A stretch of DNA of 64,000 nt, from NCBI GenBank assembly GCA_051362555.1, contig CM120642.1:22568001-22632000 (forward strand), read 5' to 3'. Below, in pieces: positions 54,601 through 64,000 of this stretch. The notes under the pieces were generated by a model that saw only the letters and a program-made list of their open reading frames with translations, ran no database searches and was not told the origin of the DNA. Made by a program: the position numbers and the translations under genes. Source of the DNA: Lingula anatina. Taxonomy: Eukaryota; Animalia; Brachiopoda. Each line of letters starts with the position of its first letter. Position 1 is the stretch's first letter.

Positions 54601-56511
54601 TGCAGATGAGAACAGACCAGCAGCCGCCTTCTACCAGGTAGCATTTTGCACTCTGTGGCTTCCTCACTCTGTATGGCTTCATTTGCATACGTTAGAGAGG
54701 CTCTGTTCACCTCAGTAGGATTCATTTTTAATGTCTTTTTTATATAACAAAATTGAGATTGCAAGGAAGATCTTGATTAAAATTGGTGTAATTTGTTTTT
54801 CATTAGTACTGTTCAGATCCAGAGTGAAGGACATTTAACAGATGTAGGAAATGAACAATGGTTGTAGATAATTATTTTTTATTTCTGTTTTATGAATTGT
54901 AACTTTAATTCCACATTGTCATCATTCTGGCAGCTGTCCAGAACATTGTAATGAGGGGTTTATCTAGTATATGCTGCCTCAGCTTTATCCCCATCAATTT
55001 TTCACCTTTGTACATAATACTTATGTACTTATCACAATTTAAATGTACGCAAGTTTTTTTTTTTTTTTTTTTTCTACAAAACTTTTTTATTTTACATATT
55101 TGTTGTAGGAGACTAATGTGTGTAGGTTTAAAAAGTAACTGATGTACTGTGAATTGAATGGAGTACATTTTGTATGTCATGAAGATTAAGTGTAACAATA
55201 AAAGAATAAAACAAAACTTGTTGTTGTTGCCCCCTTACAACGCTGCCCCTGGGAGACACATTCTGCACTCGGTTATGTCAGATACACAACAGGCAAAAGG
55301 TAGCACACGATAAACAATCATTTTTTTTTTTTTCAATGGAACTTCCAAATATTAGTGTGACCATTGTAGCTGGGGATGTCAATCTCCTGACAGATTTGAT
55401 GTGTGTATGTCAAGTGATTGTGTACGTTTGCTTCTGAGCCTGCAGTATATAGGGGGTTGGACTCCCAACACAAAAGCATGTTGAGTATTGATAATCCTGG
55501 TATTTTTACTCTCTAACACATGATACACTAAAATAATGTTATTTTCAGACTTGAGTGTGCATCATAAGGCTCACCAAATCGGAGCATAAACTCAGCTCAT
55601 ATGTTTTATTTCACAGGCACATTTGGGATAAAGAAAGCCAAAATGTGTAATTACTTGGTGCTGATATTTCATGTGAACATTCTAAAAGAGAAAATACCAG
55701 AATTGCCAAAATACTCATGGTGCCACTGTCTTGGCAGTTCAATGTAATCCCTTGTAATCTAACCCTTCTTGTACCATGATTAATATTTAAAGATGTTAAA
55801 TGTAATACTGCATGGTTCACATTTTCTTCCACAGAAACTCCGACCAAGAAAAATAAATTGAATATAAAACAGGTCAGTACTTAATCATAACCATATGAAA
55901 ATGGTGACTAAATTTTGATGACATGACTTTGAATTTTCATGGACTTGCAGACTTTTACTTGGATTATCTTTCTGAATGTCCATGATACTTGTATTTTAAT
56001 TAAAATTGATGGTCATTATGCTGTTAAGCATTATGTAATATTGCATTTAAGTTGAAGAAAACCCTATTTTGGGCACTGCTGCCATTATAACCCTTAAAGG
56101 AAAAAATGTTACTGATGATTCTCAATGTTACTGAAAATATTCACTGGAATGAAATGCAGTTGAGTTGAAATACCAGTCTGATTGCATTCTCTCCTGCAAG
56201 CACTGTAGTTGTATATGAAATTTTCATTTTGCACACATGGGACTTAGAACTCCCATGAAGCTGAATGGAAATAAAATTTTCTAAATGTCCATATTATGAA
56301 TAGTAGGTAATTAAATATTGGTGGTGATAATGCTGTTTATCATTAGAGATATTGCATCAAAATTTAAAAAATACTTTGAGTATTGACAACACAAATGATG
56401 AAAACTGTGTAACTTATTTTTTTTTTAACTTAAAATTATAATTTATAGATTGACATTCAGCTCAAATTGGAAAACCAGCTTGATTGGATTATCATTTTTC
56501 TTGAATTTATG

Positions 56512-56554
<43 letters not shown>

Positions 56555-59500
56555 AAATGTTCACTTTTCTCATTCTGGCATTTTCAAAGTATGAACTTGA
56601 ACTTTCATGAGCCCGAAGCCTTATGCTAGTACCACATTTTACTTATGTTCATATTACCTGTTGTGTTTAACTAAAATTTGCTATTGACTGAGCTGAAAAG
56701 CATAATGTGCTATTGTATCAGAATTGACAGTAGCCTATTTTGGACATTATTTTCTGCTTTTTTTCTGTACATTTGACAGCTCTTCTACCTGGCTGTCTTT
56801 ACTTAACAAAGGCACTTGAAATTCTTCAGGGTTTGGAATTTATCTCTCTTAACTCTGAGTTATGCATTTATATTAATTACATGGCTTACAGTTTCATGAG
56901 TTTTGAGACAATTGGTGCATTATCTTTTTACTACATACACATCGTTATTTGCGATTGGTAAACCATTAAGGACCTGTTTGTGTCTTTTTCTCAGTTTTTA
57001 GTTTCTGTCACTGAATATGAGTATATTTTGATCAGATTTGTAGAAAAAATAAACGTCTATTTCCAGCTTTCAGCTGTTGATTAATGTTTTGTATTATAGA
57101 GTAGTCAACATTCCAGCGAAATGTTGGGTTTACATAAGTTCCAATGATGACAGATAACAAAGGTCTGATCAAGAAGTTCTCTTAAATAGTATATGAGTAA
57201 AAATGATATTATTATTTTGCATATAAAAAGTAAAGGCCGTCTAATAATAATATATTTTTGATCAGGGCAAGAGTCCAAGTCACACTTCTCCTCGCAGACA
57301 ATCTACACAGAGTGTTAATGGGACAGTCAAGCCTACACAACAGCTGTTACAGAAACAAAAGATCCCACCAGTGTCTGCAGCAGGAGCATTTTTTCCTGCT
57401 GTGACCCAGAAAGCCCCTGTACCTCCACCGCCAGCACTACCCACACGAGCCCCTATCAGTCATTCCATGCCTCAGCAGCCAAGCAGACCTGTAGCAGTGG
57501 CCACACCGAAACCACAGCCAAAACCAACAGGTAACAAAAGACTAATATTTCACTGCACTGTTGACTATTAATTTTGACTGAATAGTTATTTTTATGCACA
57601 GACAGTTTATATTTTATATTTTTGTATAGTTTTCTTGTTTCACTTTTTCTTTCAATAATTGGCCCTGCTTTTACAGTAGTAGACTGTCAATTATATTGTC
57701 TCTCTTGTATGTTAGCACTGTTTAAGTTGGTCAGTACATGTCATTTGTGAAAAAGAAGTGAAGTGTGTTTATGTATGTATATATTCTTGTGCTTTATCCA
57801 CACATTTCAATTTAAAGTGTAGGGTGGGGTACAGTAAGATGGACAAAAGTAAAGGCTTGTATTTTCTAGAAAAATAATTGTTTTTTTTTTCAGAAGGGTA
57901 ACATTGCAAACCTGTAAGTTTTATCTGATATCAGGGTGGACCACTATGAGTGTTGTATTTTGCAACAAAGTCGCCTACCCTCTTTCAGGGGCAATGTTGA
58001 TGAGAATATTCTAGGAAGTAAAATTTCACATCACCATTAGAGCTTACATATGGTAGAAAAGTTTAGAAACACTGGAAATCTGGTTTATAATAACAATGGC
58101 CATTGTGGCCCAAAGTTCACAGCGAGGACACCGGCTTATGTCAAGATGTCAGGTACCAGTCTGTCATGGCAAGTGGATGTTTCTTGCTGGTTTGAGTTTG
58201 TGCATGACGCATCTGCATTTTGTAGAGAAATAGTTTCAAAAACACTGGATAATTCTGTACACTTGTCCACCAGATGTCTGCCACAGCAAGTGGGCATTTC
58301 TAGGGGATTAGGGGGATTGTGGGGCAATTGTTCCAACTAGTACCTGACATTTCGAACATGAGCCGACGTCATCACAATGGCCTTTGCTATTGTTTACAAC
58401 ACTTCCAGTGTTTCTGAACTTTTCTACCAAATGTGTGACCGGCACTTTCCTCCCAGGATATTCATGTAGAAATTGCCTCTGAACAGGAGTAGGTGACTTT
58501 GTAGCAAAATAAAGTTGTTTCTCATTTCTTCCCCCCATCTTGATATCTGATAAAACTTACCGGGTCTGCTCAGTAACTCGCCTAAAAAAAGGGAAAGAAA
58601 CAATTATTTTTCTAGAAATTATCAATCTTCACTTTTGTCCCTCTTATTGTGCCCCACCCTGTATCAAAATATTTATAACCGTTGTCTGACTCAGACCAGT
58701 TGGCCTGCATTAATTGCAAATACAAGAGAAAATGTGTGTGAAATGACCAAATTAAATTATCCATGTCCATATTTCAGTTACACCTCAAAGCCCAGGTAAC
58801 ACAAGTACTCTTTCCAATCTTCTGACGGGAAATGTGCCAGGGTCACCTCCTGTCAGTAAACAGGCATTACCTCCAACACCATCTATCATTCATCAGGCCC
58901 CATCCACTGCACCACCATATAAACCAACACCGCCTCCTGTAGTCAAGGCACCATCTCCCTCAAAGGAGCCAGTCAAGTTTACCATGGGAGGAGATGATGA
59001 AAGTCCCAAGTCTAGCCCCAAACCTGCACCACCTGGAGCTACTGTATGTAAGTGCTACTTAATTTTGCTACTTTCTAATCTTAATATGATATATAAGAAA
59101 AATATGATGCAGTCAAATTGATGTCCTGATTTGACCCTTTCTCTGATCTGTTAACGAGTAAGTTTGGTCAAAGTCTTGTGCCCATATGATAGCTTACACT
59201 TTATTTAGCCAATATTTTCTTATAAAAATGCATGATAATGTTGGAACAACAAGATAAATGCACTTTAACAAGGGTCAAGAGCAACCCATGGAGCTCGTCC
59301 CTTAGATGATTGAAATATCCCACAATGCAATCACTTTGATAAAATATTGTGGCAAGCCAGACTCTGCTCTGCTCTGAAGTTTCTTGTACTGGAGGTCGGG
59401 AAATAAAACAATTCCCCAACCTCTCTCAAACTGGAAGTCCGGCAAGCTATAGTCAGATGTTTCTTAACATGCAGAATCGTCAATAATACTTCATGATGGA

Positions 59501-62500
59501 AACCTATAGCAAGATGTGATTGTTTAAAATCATGTCTATCACAAATTTGAGTTGTCACTGGTATTCTACATGGAAAAGGGTATTATCAGGCAAGAAAGGG
59601 GCCTCTGGATACAGGTTATGCTGTAGTTATAGACTCACTGGCACTAACAAAGAGCGGTAACTAGTGAGAGACACCAGAAGATAATTGGACATTAAAAAAA
59701 ATTTTTTTCAACATTTTCCCCATCTTAACCATTCTTTTAGTTGATCATTTAAAAATGAAACTAAGTTATTGTGCAGGGCTAGACATAATTTAGTCCTTTG
59801 GACAGGTGGGACTTGAGGTCGAAACAAAAAAAATGACCTGTTCAAAGTTATGTTAAATTTATATGCTATATATTGTGATAAAATTATCTAATCCTAGCAC
59901 ATCAAGGAGGTGATGGAATCCTCACAAAGCATAATGTAACAATATTATTGTTTTGGCGCGCTTTATACACAGCAGTAGTAAGCACTGGTTTTCAATGCTT
60001 CAGTCAGATGCCGCTTTATTTTAACACTAATAATCACATGGGTGCTGTTTGTTTGTCAATGGGGACGATTATATAAAACTTCTTGTTTTGTTCTCATTTA
60101 ATCCTAAATTGTCATCTCAACCGTCGGACAGTACCCCTCAACATCACCTGTCTGACATGGGCTTTCACCTGCCCTGGACAGTCTGTAGTGTCGAGCCCTG
60201 TTGTGTATTATGTAATAAGTACTAAAAACGAAAGTAGCACAATTCAGTATTTGTGTACATAATGGCATTTTCAAGGTGTGACTTTGAATTTCCTTGGGAC
60301 TGAAGACCTTTGCTTGTCACATTTTCTAGATATGTGTTATCAGCTTGATTGGATTCTTTTTCTTTCTTGTTGTCTGTACATTTGACAGCTTTGCTGCCTT
60401 GTTTGTAAAATTCTCCTTTTTGTCTGTCTAGCGTTATCAAAGTATGAACTTTAACTCTCATGGGCCTGGGGCCCATTTCACAAAGCAGTAGTTAAGTTAG
60501 CGATCGGTAGTTATGAGTGCTGTTTCACAAAGCAGTCCCTAGTTCTGTAGCTCGTTATTGTGTCGTTATTATCTTGGATATTTAACGACTGGTCAGACCA
60601 GTGGCTAACTCTAGAGTTTCACCGTACACATGTACGAATGAAATAAAAAGGTTGCATAGTTCCCATTGTCTGTCGTATCCAATATGGTGGCTACTGTACT
60701 TGCTAACTGTACCGCCAGTAGTGTTCTTACTAACGACTGCTTCATGAAATGGGCCCCTGAAGCCTTACGCTAGTTACATATTCCTAACATCCATATTACC
60801 TTTGATGCATAATCAGTACCACCAGCATGTACCCATCTCGTATAGCTCCGCTGGCTCCATTGGCTGCCTGAAACAAGTCACCGTTACCGCTTCTTCTCCT
60901 AGACTGCATGGACCTATGTTCCTATCTCTTGGATTTAGGTCACTTTTTTTTTTTTATCTCAGTCAGTTCTTTCATCTGGGCGTGACGCTCAAAATTTTTG
61001 AAAATACAATACTAAATATCTCCCAAACCAAAGAAATAATGGGGAAAATTACTACAGAAGTCTGACCAAAAGTCATATGTGAAAATACCAATTATGCCCT
61101 TGGATTTGACCTTTGACCTTTATTTCAAGGTCAAACAGGCCAAAAATTTTTTAAAGATAGGAATTTTTTGCCAAAAAAATATTTGTTTTTGCCACTTTTA
61201 CAGAAACTGCACAACCATAAGCTCTCATAACCCATGAAGGGCTACAATTAGGGACTCCTTTCACCTTCGTGAGTTTGGGGTCAATCAGTGCATTTTCATG
61301 ATGTCGAAGCTGAAAAGTCGCTGTAATTATGGAACCATAAATGCTAGAGACTTCTAGTTTGTTGCCTTTTGTCGAGCATGTCAAGCGCAACAGGGAAAGT
61401 GATATCCTTTTTTTTTTTTGTTTTTCTTATGGTTTACAAGTTGCACTATATCAAAAAGTACAACATCACAACATAACAGTGATAAAAATAAAATGTGAAA
61501 TCCGTACTCCAATGTTAGCAGGGTTATGCCCATAGTTACTATTGAACTTGAATAAAAAGTTATATACTGGCAATCTTATTGTGACCTTGAAATTGACCTT
61601 TGACTTACTTTTCACCATGGACTGAACTTTGTAAAATTTCCATCCTTTATATCTCCAAAACTGGCAAAGATAAGCCCATAGTTACCTTTGAACTTGATTA
61701 AGAAGTCATATACTGGTAATCTTATTGTAACCTTGAAATTGGCCTTTGACCTACTATTTCTGATGAACTAAACTTTGCAAATTTTTCGTCCTTTATATCG
61801 CCAAAACTGGCAGAGATATACCCTTAGTTACTATTGAACTTGACCAGGAGGTCATATACTGGCACTTTTCCTGTGACCTAGAAAATTGATCTTTGACCTA
61901 CGTTTCACCATGAAACTCAACTGGCAAATTTCTGGGCTCTTATATTTACTACTGAACTTTATTCCCATTCGCACTGCAACCTTGGATTTGACCTTTTACT
62001 TTTCCTCACAATTTTGTTGCAAATTGTAATTTTCTACATAAGAAAAATTGAGAGTTCTTGTTTATTGTATTTTAATGTAGGTGCTGTCCCATATGAATGC
62101 ACTGACTTCAGTTGTTGTTACAATATCCGGAGGCGATATCGCCTCTCTGATCCTCTAGTTAAAATTTGTTGTTGCCTTTGTTGTTATTATTATATTATTG
62201 CAATATGATTGCATCAGAATTAACAGTTACTGATTTTGTACATCATTTTTCTGCCTTGTGTGTGTACATTTGACAGCTTTGGTGCCCTGTTTAGCAATTC
62301 ACAACAGTAGGAAATGCTTTTGTGTGTGTAACAAACTCATAAAAGCTTGACCAAACTTACTCAAAATATGTATTTGCATTACATGCTTCCTCCCATCAGT
62401 TATATGCGTTTCTCTAAAGTAAGTCTTAATTATCCAGTGAAAATGTGTTGCAAGGAGATCTTTGTTTTATTAAAATTCTGCATTATGAATAATCCCATTA

Positions 62501-63989
62501 TTTAATTTGTTATTATTATTATTAATTTATTTTGTATTAGCTTCAAGTGGAGTTAGTGGCTCATTTGGTGTCCCCTCTCTCAGTTCTTCTGGGAGCAGTG
62601 AAAATCTAAAAAAACTGGCAGACAAAGGACAGAAAAAGGTATAAATTACAGTTGAGAGATATGACATATTTCTGAATGAAAAAAATCTGACATTTTACTA
62701 TTATGAATGTAAAGAAATAATATCTGTACTTATTAACATACAGTTTACATACTTTTCCTTTATAATATTACGATTTTGTTGTTAAAGTAGCATTATAGAA
62801 ACATTTTTTAAAAAAGTAAATTAATATGAAAGGTCTTTAATTGTAGGATGTAAAGATCAAGAACATAGGCTCATGGTCCAGTTTAGCAAATTTGTCTAGC
62901 AGCCAGTCCGGTGGTTCTGGAGTCAAGAAGACGAGTGCTGCACACAGTTTTGAACTGTTCAAGAAGCAGGCTAAAGAGAAAGAGGAGAGAGAAAGGCTGC
63001 TCAAGATGCAAGAGGAACAGAGGAAACGGGACAAAGAACAAGCTGAGAAGGAGAGACACAAAGCAGAGCAGGAAAGGCAAAGGTTAGAGGCAATAATTTG
63101 AAGAAAGAATGTTTTTAGTAACTGATAATCTTATGTTCTTTACAAGTAAACACTTATGCAATAGTCATGAATTACTTGTTAGACAGTTTTCCTATGTCTG
63201 TCATTGTCTGTCATTGTCTTCCATATCTGCCTGATGACTTAAGATGAAAAACCTCCTGCACAAAAAGATATTAACATTTCAACTGGTGTGATATAGAAAA
63301 CTATACCACTCAATATATTAAGGGCCTTACACATTCGATTCCTTGTGAAACACTTAGTAAGCTGAATCTGTATGGCATGTTCTTCATCTGTGCTGTCATT
63401 TATTTTAGACAGGTGAATTTTGTTTATTAACAGGGGATTTAGTGCAGTTTTAGATTAGATGGATTTCAAAGGAATCTTACTGAGTACTATATAGGACATG
63501 CCTGTTGTATTCTGCAGGGAGCGCGAGGAAGAGGAAGCTTTGGAAAAAGCTAGACAGTCACAACTTCAACAACAGAGACAACAAGAGCAGGAAGAACAAG
63601 AAAAACGCAATGCAGAGAGGGAGAGAGAAAGGATGAGGGAGACTGAGAGGAGAAGAAGAGCAGCTGTAAGCAGATAAACTTACAAATATCAATATTATAT
63701 ATAAAAGGGAGAGAGGGTTAGGGTTTGTGGCAGATCATCAATATGCTTGTAATTCACTATAGAACTATTATGGATGATAAAACTTAGCAAAAGTTTTCGA
63801 GTCAAAATATTTAAGCCATGTAGTGCAGGGTACAAATCTGATTGGAAAAAAACTTTTATCTCTGATTGTCCTTGATGTTACTAGATTGAAATGGAAATGT
63901 TTTCAATACCTTTTTTTTTCCAGCTTGCCAATCAAATTGACATGAATGCCCAGAGTGAATTAATGGCTTCCTTTGAAGAGATGCTGTAA
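45688..63989 (+). CDS. BRD4: BET-family bromodomain protein, long isoform (BD1, BD2, ET, SEED, Pro-rich linker, C-terminal P-TEFb-binding motif); invertebrate co-orthologue of BRD2/3/4/T, like fs(1)h
   Basis: Exons: 45688-45909, 46261-46407, 46845-47183, 47558-47722, 48273-48368, 48556-48657, 49197-49325, 49676-49870, 50168-50603, 51336-51506, 52196-52321, 52936-53064, 55835-55872, 57266-57530, 58778-59047, 62541-62638, 62847-63082, 63518-63665, 63924-63989 (3378 nt, one open frame). Motifs: GRLTNQL..WPF..PMDL..YNKPG (BD1), [27 protein letters not shown] (BD2), [34 protein letters not shown] (ET), [11 protein letters not shown] and [17 protein letters not shown] (BRD4-like CTM). The start codon is unresolved: ATG 45778 (would give 1095 aa) or an upstream exon. 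Confidence 0.95.
45778..53069 (+). CDS. BET short isoform ending ...SSSDSESG* (BRD4-S / fs(1)h-S / BRD2-3-like), formed by read-through of the 53064 donor
   Basis: Read-through of exon 52936-53064 gives GGT TAG (stop 53067-53069) right after the Ser-rich SEED tract. Tandem AATAAA at 55197 and 55205 with a downstream GT-rich tract provides a plausible intronic poly(A) site. Confidence 0.7.
48724..48940. mobile_element. Small Harbinger-like MITE
   Basis: About 55-bp TIRs GACTCTGTTCACATGAAAAGTCTATTTTCTAAAAATCTATTTT; ATA on both flanks. Confidence 0.75.
49426..49561 (+). ncRNA. SNORA48: Intronic H/ACA snoRNA, SNORA48 (ACA48)-like; predicted 28S pseudouridylation guide
   Basis: Hairpin 1 (cctcc...ggagg), then an A-rich hinge with ANANNA, then hairpin 2 (cccaag...cttggg; upper stem cagcc/ggctg), then ACA at 49556-49558. 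Pocket strands GTTAATC and TTCATGC pair with 28S GCAUGAA-UG-GAUUAAC, with 14 nt from pocket to ACA. The 3' half resembles recalled human SNORA48 (GTTCATCCCAGC...TTCATGCCTTGG.CACA). Confidence 0.8.
49948..50084 (+). ncRNA. SNORD10: Intronic C/D box guide RNA, SNORD10 (mgU6-77)-like, copy 1
   Basis: Box C ATGATGA 49954-49960; D' guide CCATGCGTGTCAT followed by D' ATGA 49977-49980; C' ATGATGG near 50056; D guide AAAAGGCGAA-T; box D CTGA 50076-50079; terminal stem atgtaa/tttcat. The 3' end lies about 85 nt from the acceptor. The D' guide matches the recalled human SNORD10 guide (CCATGCGTGTCAT-CTGA), which targets U6 C77 and 28S C3787. Confidence 0.8.
50912..51055 (+). ncRNA. Intronic C/D box RNA, SNORD10-like copy 2 (diverged paralogue)
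   Basis: Perfect terminal stem TGTAA/TTACA, box C ATGATGA 50918-50924, guide CCATGCGCGACAT with D' CTGA 50941-50944, and box D CTGA 51047-51050. The first ~50 nt and the last ~30 nt align with copy 1 in the preceding intron. Confidence 0.7.
53254..53826. mobile_element. Unclassified MITE in the BET short-isoform 3' UTR / long-isoform intron
   Basis: TIRs GACTTGCCCTTCAAGAAATCGACG / CGTCAATTTCTTGAAGGGCGAGTC; a partial inverted copy lies at 26960-27420. Confidence 0.7.
55197..55232 (+). terminator. Intronic polyadenylation site of the BET short isoform
   Basis: AATAAA at 55197-55202 and 55205-55210, several upstream TGTA elements, and downstream TTGTTGTTGTTG. Confidence 0.6.
57820..58663. mobile_element. 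Fold-back mariner-type element built from two inverted 5' ends
   Basis: Termini (C/T)AGGGTGGGG(C/T)ACA.TAAGA.GGACAAAAGT. Both arms encode YFATKSPT..Q....EY..RK....(L/M)[12 protein letters not shown], the DUF4817-like HTH of mariner-family transposases. Confidence 0.75.
59774..60200. mobile_element. hAT-like MITE with 5-bp TSD
   Basis: TIRs CAGGGCTAGACA / TGTCGAGCCCTG flanked by TTGTG on both sides. Confidence 0.7.
60469..60756 (+). mobile_element. Harbinger MITE, shorter relative of 30276-30931
   Basis: TIRs GGGCCCATTTCACAAAGCAGT / ACTGCTTCATGAAATGGGCCC with CTG TSD; the interior aligns with 30276-30520. Confidence 0.8.
60815..62158 (+). mobile_element. Family A Helitron-like element with about 3 diverged 146-bp units
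   Basis: GTACCACCAGC start, internal units at 61525-61915, and 3' hairpin GAGGCGATATCGCCTC with CTCTAG end, as at 12104-12132. Confidence 0.75.
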
Positions 63990-64000
63990 TGAAGTCTTCA

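Overview
AT-rich, intron-rich animal (invertebrate, lophotrochozoan-like) genomic DNA, so most ORF-track entries are spurious. It holds three spliced chromatin-regulator genes, reconstructed by hand with consistent splice phases: TADA1 (+, 5'-partial, 9 exons visible), WDR5 (-, complete, 11 coding exons, 336 aa, one GC-AG intron) and a BET bromodomain gene (+, BRD2/3/4/fs(1)h type). The BET gene is head-to-head with WDR5 and can give a short ET-terminated and a long CTM-bearing isoform. Introns are packed with non-autonomous DNA transposons (Helitron/Helentron-type with a 146-bp tandem array, hAT-like, Harbinger, Tc1/mariner, Kolobok-like, Academ-like), often nested. The two most notable signals are both in the BET gene. 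First, a ~95-nt long-range RNA duplex (17-bp perfect core, G-U wobbles on the sense strand) covers the cleavage/GU-rich region of the short-isoform poly(A) site and may switch between short and long isoforms. Second, three intronic guide RNAs are present: a SNORA48-like H/ACA RNA and two SNORD10-like C/D RNAs, one with an extra guide predicted for U5 loop I G37. All homology calls come from recalled sequences and motifs, not from database searches.
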